The translations under genes were made by a program, and so were the position numbers. The notes under the pieces are model-generated. The model was not told the origin of the DNA. It was given only the letters and a program-made list of their open reading frames with translations, and did not search any database. A stretch of 64,000 nt of DNA. It comes from Octopus sinensis. Lineage: Eukaryota. Positions 1-12,203 of this stretch are shown one piece after another. The DNA lies in the NCBI RefSeq assembly GCF_006345805.1, contig NC_043012.1, forward strand, positions 2,790,001 to 2,854,000, read 5' to 3'. Position 1 is the first letter of the stretch. Each line of letters begins with the position of its first letter.

Positions 1-632
1 CATTTGTTCATACGTGTGTAAATCCGTCGCCTGCAGACATGAATTTTAAATTTAATAAAAGCTAAAAAAAAAAAAAGGCTTCAATTTTTATATAATACAA
101 ATAAAAAAATAACATTTGGAAGTGAAGCCAGAGCGGCACTCCGAGTCTTATAACAAACACGTAAACTTGAGTGTGTGAGTATATATATACGCGCAATTAC
201 ACACACACACAAATTCCGCGAGCCCCGGCTCACAAAATTGAATCTTAATCTGATCCACTACAAACTCCATTCATTCTGCGTTCATGATTTTACTTTCGCA
301 GAAGTCCCATCGTCCTCGGTGTTTTTCCGTAGCAGTTCTCGCTAATTTGTCTCTGTGGTGCCTTTGTTCCTCATTACTTTGTTAAAAAGGTCACAGCAGA
401 CATATACCGTAGATAATATATTTCTTAGGTTTGTACACTATCTCTTTCTCTCTCTCTGAAGGTAACATCTTATTAAGTTTCTTTATTATATATATATATA
501 TATATAGATATATTATATATATATACTGTGTGTGTGTGGTTGGTGTGTGTGTGTGTATGTATATATATATATATGTGTGTGGGTGTGTGTGTGTGTGGTA
601 TGTATATATGTATATTACACACCACACTATAT

Positions 633-681
<49 letters not shown>

Positions 682-941
682 AGCGCCATTTTTTTATTGT
701 TGTTTTACTGGTCATGAATTTAAGAGATGAATTGATAACGAAATGAATGAAGGACCTTGAAGTCGAACGAAATCAGCTGGCGATGAAATGGTATACATTC
801 AAACAGCAAACCAGAGAAGTTAAGACAGTGAAGCAAATTGACACAGTGGCGTTTGTACGATTCAGTGATATTGCTGGTAATCCGACCGGTAAATAGTGGA
901 GATTCATTCTCCGATTTTTATCGTAAGACCATCATGGCGCA

Positions 942-1150
942 GACGTGGCTGTGTGATAACAAGTTTGCTTCTTCCCAACTACATGGTTCTACACGGTCTC
1001 ACAGCGTGACACTTTAGGAAAATGTTTTCTACTATAGCCTCGGGCCAACCAAAGTCTTTTGAGTGGATTTGGTGGACGAAAACTGAAAGAAGACCCTCAT
1101 ATATATATATATATATATATAGTGTATGTGTGTATTCGTGTCTGTTTGTC
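942..1150 (+). mobile_element. SINE family A, diverged and 3'-truncated copy
   Basis: Degenerate match to the GTGGCTGTGTGGTAAG...CTACTATAGCCTCGGGCC...GAAACTGAAAGAAG body repeated about 17 times in this window. Confidence 0.75.
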
Positions 1151-1184
1151 CAGGCAGCTAAGGGGTGTATGTGTATAGATAAAT

Positions 1185-1402
1185 ATTCTTTCTACTATGA
1201 GCACAAGGCCTGAAATTTGGGGGAAGGGGGACTAGTCGATTACACCGACCCCAGTATTTCACTGGTACTTAATTTATCGACCATAAAATGATGAAGGGCA
1301 AAGTCGACCTAGGCGGAAAATGAACTCAGAACGCAGCGACTGGCGAAATACCACCCAGCATTTCGTCCAGCGCGCTAACCATTATGCCAGCTCGTCGCCT
1401 TA
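1185..1402 (-). mobile_element. SINE family B copy
   Basis: Reverse complement of the AAGGCGGCGAGCTGGCA...GTCGACTTTGCC(T)TTCATC...AAGTACCAG body seen in many copies here. Confidence 0.8.
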
Positions 1403-2279
1403 TGTGTGTAGATTAATAGATAGATAGATAATTTGGTTTTTGTTAGACGTTTGTAAATCTTTGACACTGAGGCACAGACATGATTTCAGCAATTTAAGAT
1501 GGCCTACGTGTAGTTTTGACTATTTTTGAAACCTATCCCTTGCATGCCTTCCATTTTGATTTCTTTTTTGTTTGTTGCATTATTTTAATCTTTATTTTTT
1601 TCGTATTTGCTTTTGTTGTTCTTTGTTTTCGTGTTTCCTTCCTCAAGTTGCCCCACAGTCAGTAAAAAAGATGCTTGTACATAAATATAGCTAATAAATA
1701 GATAATGCTTAACTAGTAACAGGATAGCTTAGGTGTGGAGAATATTTACAAAGTATTTTTCTTTCCGAAATTACAACAAATGTTGTGTAGTTTGTGTAGC
1801 TGACAGGAACAATAGGCAGAAGTGGTTTAGAGAAATTATTGAAACCGGAGCTAGTGATATGGCAGTATTCAATAGCATAATTGACTGCAAACTATTTCAG
1901 GCATGAGTATATATATATATTTATACATGTACGTACGTACGTATGCATGTATGTATGTACGTGTGTATTGCATGTTAACTTTTTGCTTTAATTATTTGAA
2001 CTCTTATTAGGATGGAACAGATATCCGACAAAGAAACAAAGTTTCATCACTGGTATTTAAATAACACAACAGTAAAGAGCAACATGTTGAAATTTAAAGA
2101 AATCTCGCAAATTTTTATTGTTCCGCTTACAAATTATATTTGCCAAGTGCGTGTTAGCTGGTGACTCTCTTTGACTGAAAACCCCGTCTTTATGAGATTA
2201 ATACTTAGGCATTAAGTAAAATAACCAAGTATACTAATGATGATAGGTACAAATATATTAAAAAAATCATAGTCTGGGT

Positions 2280-2640
2280 TGAGAAAGTATAGGTTTTGAA
2301 GCAGCTGTCCGTAAGTATTTACTTCTCACTGACGTTCAAAGAGATGCTAGCATCTGCCAAGTAGGCGGCCTCTAGTAACTGTACATTGTTTTTCTTTTCT
2401 GACCTAGCGAAGTATATCAAATTTTGTAATGTTTGATGCAGCACGAAGCTTTGTCAGTGAACAGGTCGCAGTCTGAAAGCGACGAAAATATTTTGACAAA
2501 TTAAATTTAAATGTTGAAGTGAATCTAACGGTTTTGTGTGTTTCTTGAATGGCTTATAAACACCTTCCAAGCTGCAATTGTTTTCGTTCCAGCACACGAT
2601 CTCAGATCAAGTCACTCGCTATGCAAGTACATCTCTGTAA
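2280..2640 (+). mobile_element. Probable Penelope-like (PLE) repeat fragment carrying a hammerhead fold
   Basis: Contains a type-I hammerhead fold with palindromic helix III, an architecture typical of PLE pseudo-LTRs; class is inferred from this alone and boundaries are approximate. Confidence 0.45.
2450..2500 (+). ncRNA. Type-I minimal hammerhead ribozyme fold, G3-C8 covariant core
   Basis: Helix I TTTGTCA/TGACAAA (7 bp); core GTGAACA plus extra G; helix II GTCGC/GCGAC; GAA; palindromic helix III AATATT; H17=U. Confidence 0.6.
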
Positions 2641-2824
2641 TGCTTGTATTTGGTAGAAATTTTCATGGGAGTATTCCACCATTGTTCCTTATGTGCTGAA
2701 ACATATGGAGTTAACAACAGAATTTATTGTTTTTATTTTTAAAATTTATTTATTTATTTTATTATTTTTGTACATATTTATCCTTTTCTCGCATTGTTTT
2801 AGCTTTCAAGATGAAAAAAAAAAA

Positions 2825-3120
2825 AAGATTCTTGCGAGGAATATCACAAGAGCATATTCGAAATGAAATAATTCGAGGAACGGAGTGGAGTGAACGATAT
2901 GATCGCAGAATGCCGAAAGCACAAGTTCCGCAGGGCCGAATATTTCGCAAGGTTCATAGACAACATGATGATGGGAAGACGGTTTAGTTAGACAATATGT
3001 GTCATGCTATGCATGTGAAAACTGGATCTTGCGAACACTGCGGAAGAAACCTTCATGGCTCAACAGAATGAAAGACGGCAGCAGCAATCCATTGAGGAAT
3101 GCAGAGAGCAAGATTAGGTA
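2825..3120 (+). mobile_element. Degenerate RTE-clade LINE ORF2 3' fragment
   Basis: Frameshifted translation RFLRGISQEHIRNEIIR...KHKFRRAEYFARF resembles the RTE C-terminal HIRNEEIR...K.RWAGHVAR motif. Confidence 0.55.
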
Positions 3121-3219
3121 AATAAGACATTTTGGTCATCCATTGCAAGTGTCCGCATTCTCAATAGTCTTCATCTCGTCCTGCCACTGGATGGACGAGA
3201 GAGTAAAGTTGATGGTGGT

Positions 3220-3438
3220 CAAGCGATGGTGGGGGAGAGAAACATACACACAAGCATACACACACACACACACACACAGACACACACACACACACACACA
3301 CATGACAAGTTTCTTTCAGTCACAAGGCTCACAAGGATTCAGTCGGCCCGAGGCAATAGTAGACGACACTTGCTACGCAGTGGGACTGAACCCGGAAACA
3401 TGTGGTTAGTAAGCAAGCTACTTGCCACATAGCTACTC
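3220..3438 (-). mobile_element. SINE family A partial copy
   Basis: Reverse-complement match to the family A head and body. Confidence 0.8.
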
Positions 3439-3450
3439 CATAAATGTGTG

Positions 3451-3501
<51 letters not shown>

Positions 3502-3923
3502 TGTGTGAATGCGTGTGTGCATGTGTGTGTGTGTGTGTGAAAGGCGTGATTTTTTATCTGTAGGTGTAGGAAGGATTTGTCTTCTTGTGTGTTCGTGCGT
3601 GTGCTAATCTCTCGCACCTATCATAAAATGACACCAGCCAACCATTCAAGGAAACAGACAAAAAAAAAAGAAAAAAAAAAAAGCGAGTCGTGTGACATCT
3701 CAGCTGGAAATGTGAATAAAAGCAGAAGATCGAGGTAACGCTGATACAGAGGTGGCAAGGGCAGTAATGGAAGTGAAAAAGAGACTAAAAAATATATATT
3801 AAAAAAAATAGGCATTTTACCCCTTTTTTAAATTGAAATCAAATAAAATGTAGAGTGAAGCCTAAAGGTGTGTGTGTATTGTATAAGTAAAAATATCTGA
3901 AAAGGAAAGTTAATGTAGGCTTA

Positions 3924-4081
3924 AGAGTGGTTGTGTGGTAAGTAGCTTGCTTACCAATCACATGGTTCCGGGTTCAGTCCCATTGCGTGGCACCTTGGGC
4001 AAGTGTCTTCTACTATAGCCTCGGGCCGACCAAAGCCTTATGAGTGGATTTGGTAGACAGAAACTGAAAGAAGCCTGTCGT
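3924..4081 (+). mobile_element. SINE family A 5' half, running into a TA/CA array
   Basis: GTGTGGTAAGTAGCTTGC...GGTTCAGTCCC (A/B-box-like)...CACCTTGGGCAAGTG (CORE-domain-like). Confidence 0.85.
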
Positions 4082-4090
4082 ATATATGTA

Positions 4091-4135
<45 letters not shown>

Positions 4136-4188
4136 GTATGATATATGTATACATATATATATACATACATATATATATATGTATGTAA

Positions 4189-4223
<35 letters not shown>

Positions 4224-4605
4224 CATATATACATAATATATACATACATATATATAATATATATACATACAATCTATATACATACATATATACATATATA
4301 TCCATACATAATATATATGTATGTATACATCTATACATATGTATGATACATATATACATATGTATGTATACATATATCAATGTATGTATACATATATACA
4401 TATGTATGTATACATATATACATACATATATGTATGTATAATATTACTATATATATATATATACATATATACATATATATATATACATATATTACATCCA
4501 TATATATCATATACATACATAATATATATATCTACATATAACATATATTATATATACATATATACATACATATATACATATACATATATATATACATAAT
4601 ATATA

Positions 4606-4650
<45 letters not shown>
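4082..4650. repeat. Compound (TA)n/(TACA)n microsatellite
   Basis: About 570 bp of TA/CA dinucleotide variants; source of the YIYI-type ORFs. Confidence 0.95.
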
Positions 4651-4653
<3 letters not shown>

Positions 4654-4654
4654 G

Positions 4655-4835
4655 ATATAGACGTTAGCTCCTACACGCATTTGTTTTCTCCTGCGTTTAT
4701 TTTCTGTCGAAGAGCGTAGGCTCGAAACGGAATTAAAAGACTTTTTACATCTATTCCTGAGCGCATATACTAATACATTTGTTTGTTGTACTCCACCGCC
4801 TTCGTCTTTTGTTATTTTCGTAAACCTTCCCGTTA
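4655..4835 (+). mobile_element. Penelope-like short repeat with a decayed hammerhead
   Basis: Homologous to the reverse complement of 50085-50210 (GAGCGTAGGCTCGAAACG...TTCCTGAGCG...TTCGTAAAC). Confidence 0.6.
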
Positions 4836-5187
4836 TATATATATATAGATATAATTGTTAGACAGGACGTCAAACATTAAGGCAAGGCAAACATCTCAAG
4901 TCATCACGTCATATACATATTATTACAGGAAGAAATTCAAAATCTGAACTAGCGTACCTAATCGTTTAGATAACCTGTGAACTAAACACCCATGCTTTAT
5001 ACACACACACACACTATATATATACACAGTTATTTATTACAAAATACACACACACAACACACACATATTATTATATATACACATTTATTTATATACACAT
5101 ATACACACCACACACACACACACACCACATATATATATATAATATATAATATATTATATATATATTATCACACGCACACACTACATA

Positions 5188-5895
5188 TGTGGGGAATTAT
5201 GTTGTGGAGTGTTAGCTAACTCCTCCTACATCGTTTTATCGATTTTGATGAAACTTGACACGTGTGTAGATCTCATGTCTGGAAACCTCATGGCATATTC
5301 AGATTGTTGAAAAAAAAAGATCATAATAGGGCCCCTGGAAGGGATCCTTATAAATATCTATTTCATTTTAACAGTCAAGGGAAATAACTGATTCGCCCAG
5401 ATTTTAACAGCCTAGGGAAATAACCCATTCATTCTCCTAACTCCTTTGGTATAAATCAAATTGAATATGCTTATTTCTTAGTATTTGAACTGTTAGAGTT
5501 ATTTTTGCATTTTATCCAGTACAACCCTTAAACAAGTAAATAGTATTTCCCTGAATAATAGATCCACTTATTTCGGTTAGTGACTTATTCACAAATATAC
5601 TAACACTATCACCGCTGAGGGTAATTTTCTCTGGGAACGCACAAGAGCCCTTTTCAGAGTTATTTACTGGGAATTGTTATTATCTCATATCTGATTAGCC
5701 TGTTATTACGTAACATGCTTCACGATTTTAGTATACATACCTTATTAGTATTTCCTCCTACGTTCTATATACTCTGGGAATGCATTAAAGCCCTTTCGGG
5801 GCTACATAATTTATATTGTTATTGGATCAGCGCGAAACAATTATGAGAACAGAACTAAGGGTAAGCCCCGCTTTCCCGGGAATTACGTCAGCTAG
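5188..5895 (+). mobile_element. Probable non-autonomous Helitron-like element
   Basis: 3' hairpin CCCG-CTTTCC-CGGG followed about 11 nt later by CTAG|T; 5' end not clearly located. Confidence 0.4.
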
Positions 5896-5899
5896 TATA

Positions 5900-5963
<64 letters not shown>

Positions 5964-5966
<3 letters not shown>

Positions 5967-6194
5967 GCATGCCAGAAGGTTTTCAAATCTAACGAAGACC
6001 TCAAAAGACGTTTTAAGATCCACCAAGATCAGCATTTATCTGCAGCTATTGTTGGTGGTCCAAATTGGATATGCAATCTATGTGGGTGTCTTTTCAGAAC
6101 ATTGTCTGGTTTAAAAAGCCACATCAGATACCATGATGGTTCTAAGGTGTAGGTACAGGAGGTGGTCAAATTCTGCATAAGGAGTAGACAACCA

Positions 6195-6197
<3 letters not shown>
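5964..6197 (+). mobile_element. LINE 3' end encoding two C2H2 zinc fingers (5'-truncated)
   Basis: 5964-6152 translates NACQKVFKSNEDLKRRFKIH-QDQHLSAAIVGGPNW-ICNLCGCLFRTLSGLKSHIRYH-DGSKV*, then a 45 bp UTR and a (TA)n tail; no TGEKP linker. Confidence 0.6.
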
Positions 6198-6240
<43 letters not shown>

Positions 6241-6252
6241 ATATATATATAT

Positions 6253-6254
<2 letters not shown>

Positions 6255-6327
<73 letters not shown>
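6255..6327. repeat. (GATA)n microsatellite
   Basis: Direct reading. Confidence 0.95.
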
Positions 6328-6328
<1 letters not shown>

Positions 6329-7440
6329 GTTTGCGCGCGCGCGTGTGCGTTTGGTGTGTATCATTTAACTGCATCCTGTTAACACCTCAAATGTAAAATT
6401 CTCCAATGTAAAATTATCCTCTGAAGACGGAGGTAGTGTTATCCAATAATGCATCTAAGTAACTATCATTATTCCAGACCATCAAGCTCCCAGAAACAGC
6501 TTAGATGTACTCCTCACTACATCTTATAATTAATTTTAATTAAAATTCCAGTATTGTCTCCTCTGCCTTTTTTTAAATCTAGAATTAGTCATTTAACAAA
6601 GAATTGTTCTTATCTCTGAGGTTGTAATTTTGATTAAAAATATCTTTGACTTTTTACAACAAATACGATGGCGCCGCCTACTTTACTATCAACTTTTCAT
6701 ACAGCAGATGTCCCTAAGTATTTTTTGCCATTCTTACTGTCATCCAGTAAGTCGTAGCTGTTGTTGAGTCAGCTCTAGTCGAGTAGACCTATGATTAAAT
6801 ATGTTCCAGCCATGCCCATCCCATATTTTTTTATATATATATTAATGACTACAGGGTGCTATGTATCATTGCTTGCTACTGTATCAGACCTGGTTAAATA
6901 GACCTATGGTCAACTCCGCTCCAACCGAGACCATACCTGTTTTTGTATAAAAGAAATACAGTCCAATATATTCTTCTTGTTGTTGTTTAACCCAAGGTCA
7001 GTCCTGGTCGAAAACACCGATGATCAAATGTGTTCTAACCTTGAAGTGACAATTCCGTATTTTTGTATATCAGAGACAATTACTGGCTAATATGGTGATC
7101 CTTCGGTATTCGTCTTCAGAGTGTCGGAATGAGGAGACGGCGTCGTTCACCATCTTTATTATGAGGGAAGATTTTGTTGGTTGAATGACGTTGTGTACTA
7201 ATATCGAAATATTGCTGCCAATATATCTTTTTTTTTCTTTTTCTTTTAAGTTAAGGCTGTGTGGTAAGAGCTGAGGGAGATATGAGCTGCTATTTCTAGC
7301 AAGCACACTGAGAGACCTTGTAGAGCCTCTTCTTTCCCTCCCTCTCTTGCGTGGCTCGTGTTAAGTTCAGTAGTATTTAAGGCCAACCGCTGGCGTTATT
7401 TTATGCTGTGACAAAGATTTACCTTCGACTGTCTCCCTAC

Positions 7441-7480
7441 CTAACATTCCGTACATGACACAGTGCATCGGTATTGGCGG
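7441..7480 (-). other. Candidate exon of an unidentified minus-strand gene
   Basis: Very long polypyrimidine tract ending CCACAG acceptor at 7481-7482; donors TAG|GTAGGG (7441) and AAG|GTAAAT (7423); upstream donor CAG|GTAAAT at 7652. Confidence 0.3.
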
Positions 7481-8285
7481 CTGTGGCGGCGGCGGCGTCG
7501 GACGGGCGGACGGAAGAAGAGGAAGAGGAGGGCGTAGAGGAAGAGGAAAAGGAGAAAACAGAAACAAAAGGAAAGAAAGAAAAAAAAATCACAACAGGAA
7601 AGTAAGAAAGGTGGGAAGTACGAACAAAAAACACAGAGAAAACGGATTTACCTGAGATTGTTTTACTTCGTTACATTTCGTTTAATGACTTTCCTCTTGT
7701 TTCAAACCTTCTCTATTAATATATCTTTCGCTTTAATTCAATGATCTTAGAATTTTCTTATATGATCAACACATGTTTACGTCCGTATTTGTCCGGATTA
7801 ACACCATCTCTATCTATCACCACTACAATCATCACCACCATCAACCTTGTAGTGGTGTGTTTGTTGGTCACGTCTACAACCTCATAAGAACGGGTCACAA
7901 AAACATGCTAAACAAACTTCCCTCGTTTTTGTATTCAGCACAAATGCGATATTTCTGAGATTTGGATTATAAAATAAATCTTATAGCCAAGGTAAGTTAA
8001 GACTTATTATTATTGCGCTATTACATATATATGTAAAAAAAAAAAAAAGAAATCAAATACTTTTGATTCTCATTGTTTAACAACTTGTATTCATGTATAC
8101 TATAGAAATATAGACATGTCATTTGTTTTACACACAACGCCCACAAGACGGTAGGGTGAATGAAAGCCTGTTTAGTTTTGAATTTATAAATATACATCAT
8201 AAGCACGATAGTTGTTATGTTTGATATGATCAAACTTTTTGATGGCTCTCAATAGGAAACATAATTATCAAAAGCCTTGTTCCTG

Positions 8286-8321
<36 letters not shown>

Positions 8322-8322
8322 T

Positions 8323-8353
<31 letters not shown>

Positions 8354-9044
8354 TTCTCTCTCCTCGCTCTCTCTCTCTCTCCGTTCTCTCTCTCTCCTCT
8401 CTCTCTTTCTCTCTCTCTCTCGTGTGTGTGTATGGGGGTGTTTGGGTGATTGGAGAGAGAGAGAGAGTGTGTGTGTGTGTGTTTTGTTTCAATGCATATC
8501 TTTTATATCGTACTCTACCAAATGAGAACGAGGTTATGTCTGCTCTAATGGTCCCACTTAAACTCACCAATTATTGTTATAAATAACATTCTTGCTTCTC
8601 TCCCCTCAGTGATAAATAATCAAACGGCGTAAAGAAGCCTTTCTGTTTTTTAGTAGACCACCACTACAACAGAGAAACGATAATATAATTTCTAACCTTA
8701 GTGGGGCTAGGCTTACACATTATTAGCCCACCTTCCTCGTTTTAGTCCTCAAATACAGATGGGTTCACCGCGGGGAATTTAATGATTTCTGTGTGTATGT
8801 GTGTGAGTGTGTGTGAGAGAGAGAGAGAGGGGGGAGGAAAGAAAGAGAAAGAGCGAGGGTGGGGTGGGAAATATATTTCTTATTAGTAGGCTGCAAATTC
8901 ATTCGTGATGAATATATACCGCCTAATAATAAAACCTTTACTTTTACTTTCTGAAAGAAGAAGGATTTGTGTCCGAAACGTTTGAACTATTTGTATTACT
9001 TTTCGCTAGAACATCACCAGTTTCCTGTTTAAGTCTTTAACATG

Positions 9045-9400
9045 TTACTTGTTTCAGTCGTTGAACTCCAGCCATGCTGGAGCACCACCTTGAAGGGTTT
9101 AGTCGAACACAACCACCCCAGTGCTTATTTTTAAAACCTGTTATTTCTTCTATCGGTCTCTTTGCCAAACTGCTTAGTCACGGGAGCGTAAACAAACCAA
9201 CTGTGGTTGTCGAGTAACGATGGGCAGACAAAAACAAAGACACATGACAGGCTTCCACACAGTTTCTTCCTACCAAATTTACTCACAAAGTATTGATCAA
9301 CCCGGGGCTACAGTAGAAGATATTTATCCAAGGTGCCGTGCAGTGGGACTGAAAACGAAACCACATGGTTGCAAAGCAAACTACATAACCATACAGCCAA
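9045..9400 (-). mobile_element. SINE family A, diverged copy
   Basis: Tail ACTTGTTTCAGTC...CATGCTGGAGCACC and body GGGACTGAA. Confidence 0.75.
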
Positions 9401-10689
9401 GTCTGCGCTTATGTTGTTGTGTACCCCTAGGTCGGCCTTATTCGAGTAGATCTATGATCAAAAGTTACAGTTCTTTAAGACATCACAGTGTATCTTGAGG
9501 GAGAGTTAGCTCTCATAGACCAGAAATTTCATCCACGGTCAGATTTAAACCGTCCATCCTTGGAAGTTCTAAAAATTAAAAAAAGAAAAAATCAAATAGA
9601 AAGAAAAACAGTTTACTCCTTTTAAGACAAAAACTGCAATCCTTCGATATTGATACACGACGTCATTCACCCACACGACCTTCCATCATGGCATACATAA
9701 AGAGGTTAGACTAAAATAGAGGGGTAAATGATGTCTCCGCACACCGACATTCTGAAGACCAGTACCGAAGGAATGCCCCCAAACAACTTGATATAAGTTA
9801 CATACTAAGTGAATTTGTAAAATCATGGATTCATTCTATTTTTTTCAGCATAGATGTGTCCCAACTGTTTGTCATGCAGTAGTATTTTCTTCCTTGGTAT
9901 TTAAAACATTTCCTTCTCCTGATTTAAAGGTTTTTTGTTGTTGTTGACAAGATCAATTATGCATAAAGTAGGTGGAACTACATGTTCAAGAAGTGAACCA
10001 TAGAAAATATTTAGTGTTCCACGGTAATATTTGTATGTTAAGGAAAATCAATTATGATGCCTTGAATATATGATATCATTGAACATGTCTATTGTTTACT
10101 TTATTAGCTTTTTTGTACCATAAATCAAATATGTGCTTGGACATTGATTCTTTCGGCTTATTTAATCAACGTTTGCGGATGGGTCACGGACGATAAGAAA
10201 AGTAAATAAAAATATTGCAGGTCATGGTGAAAAAGAAGGTTTATGTTCAACTGGATCAGATGACAATTAGGTCGTCGCCGTTGCTATTGTCGTATAGAAG
10301 GCGAACTAAACATCGGAGACGCTTTGCACCACACAGAAACTACAAGAGATAGTCTGAGACAATGTCGGAAACATTTCCGTATCGTCGGCTGGTATGTCAG
10401 GATCACAAGCATTTCTCCCTTTAGTCTGTATGTTTCGCCCGAGTGGAGCAGCGATGACTGAATTAGTTTTCCCCTCCGCAATTATTTTTATCCTGTGTTG
10501 ATAAGAGACCACTTGTGATCTCTTATCAACCATAACCACCTTCAGTTTGTTTCAACTGCCATGTCTGTCTCCCGATGGCTTTCCTCAGTTGTTTGGATTC
10601 TAGATTTCAGTTGTGTGGAGTATAGAACCTGAATATTGGGCCTTGTCCCTCGTCAGCGATTGGATAACAAAAAGTGATGTCTTTCCATG

Positions 10690-11070
10690 ACTCCAATAAT
10701 GTGAACATCCCCAGATTTCCACATGCCTCCAATAATGAGGACATATCCATGGACGTCTCCTTGTCCCCAGTAATGAGGACATTTCCATGGGCTCCTCGAT
10801 ATCTAAAAAAATGTGAACATTTCCATGGACTTCTCCATATCTCCAACATTTTGGACGTTTCTTCGGATTTCTCCATATCTCCAACATCGTCGACATTTCC
10901 ACGAGTTTTCCACTCTCCAATGTCGTGGACATTTCCACAGATTCCTTCGTTTATCCAATAAGTACATTTCCATGGTTTTCTCCATGTCCTCAATAAAGTG
11001 GACATATCTGGGAATTTTCTCAACGTCCCCAGTCTTTTGGATATTTCTGGGGGTTTTCCTAACTATATTG
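10690..11070. repeat. Degenerate 35-39 bp minisatellite, about 10 units
   Basis: GGACATTTCC-like anchor at 10701, 10737, 10775, 10813, 10851, 10889, 10925, 10960, 10998, 11037. Confidence 0.75.
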
Positions 11071-11779
11071 ACAATATTTGTAACAAAGGAATCTAAGGAA
11101 ATATTTCCAATATCATTGAGAGGAATTACGGAGAAACACAAGCTATATTCATAATATTGAGCATATTGAGGAATCTCTTGGAATCTTGACAATACAGGTG
11201 TTCTTGTCCCAACCATGTACTCGGTATTGTGACCCCTTCTAAACATTTTTCTATATCAATTATTTTCTGTAAAATTTAAGAAATATATCCCCAATATTGT
11301 GAACATTTCCAGCAATTCCTCCTTCTTCAATTTTGTAAATATTTTGGGAGATTTTTCTACATCGCTAAAATCACTGATGTTTCCAAGCATGTGTTCCCAC
11401 TTAATCTATATTTTAATTTAACCTTTATCATATGGATGAGATATCTGCACTCCTATCTCATCACATCTTCATTTCTTTTATTTTTGACTTCCTTTTCAGA
11501 TGTGCATACATTTAACATACATTAAAAAAACAATATATATATATATATATATATAAAACAACTACCGCTACTCCACATTTACACTTGTCCATGATCTCTC
11601 CCAACCAGAGTGGAACATGTTCAATAAAGAGCATGGTTGGACAAGTCTTTTAACATCTACATGACTCAGTCTATCTAGCTGTAAATGAATAAATACCACG
11701 TGGAAGCCCAGTTGGCCAATATTCTACCCAGTTGTACATAGGTACTTCATATATATCACTTGAATCAGCCATTGGATTG

Positions 11780-12001
11780 CGACCAAGCTGAAGCACCGCA
11801 TTGAAGGGCTTAGTCGAACGAATCGACCTTGGTACATATTTTTTTCTTTTAAAGTCTGGTACTTATTCTATGTCTCTTTTACCGAACAGACAAGTTACGC
11901 GAACGTAAGCAAACCAACACCGGTTGTCCATCGGTGGTGGCGCGCAAATACGACACAATGACACACGCACACATACATACATACATGCACACACACACAC
12001 A

Positions 12002-12032
<31 letters not shown>

Positions 12033-12180
12033 CACGACAGACTTTCAGTTTCCTTCTACTAAATCCATTCACAAAGGTTTGGTTGGTCCGGGGCCATAGA
12101 AGATAAAGGTGTCGCGCAATGGGACTGAACACAAGACTACATGGTTTGGAAGCAAGCTTCTTAACTGTACAGTCACACCT
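11780..12180 (-). mobile_element. SINE family A, diverged copy
   Basis: Reverse-complement match to family A with an internal (CA)n. Confidence 0.75.
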
Positions 12181-12203
12181 ATATACATATATATATATAT
12201 ATA

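Noticed and set aside
747-896. 49-codon ORF MKDLEVERNQLAMKW...
   Set aside because: Short, no recognisable homology; expected by chance
5964-6152. Host C2H2-ZNF gene exon
   Set aside because: No splice acceptor or TGEKP linker; it starts at a TA array and ends with a short UTR and TA tail like a truncated LINE
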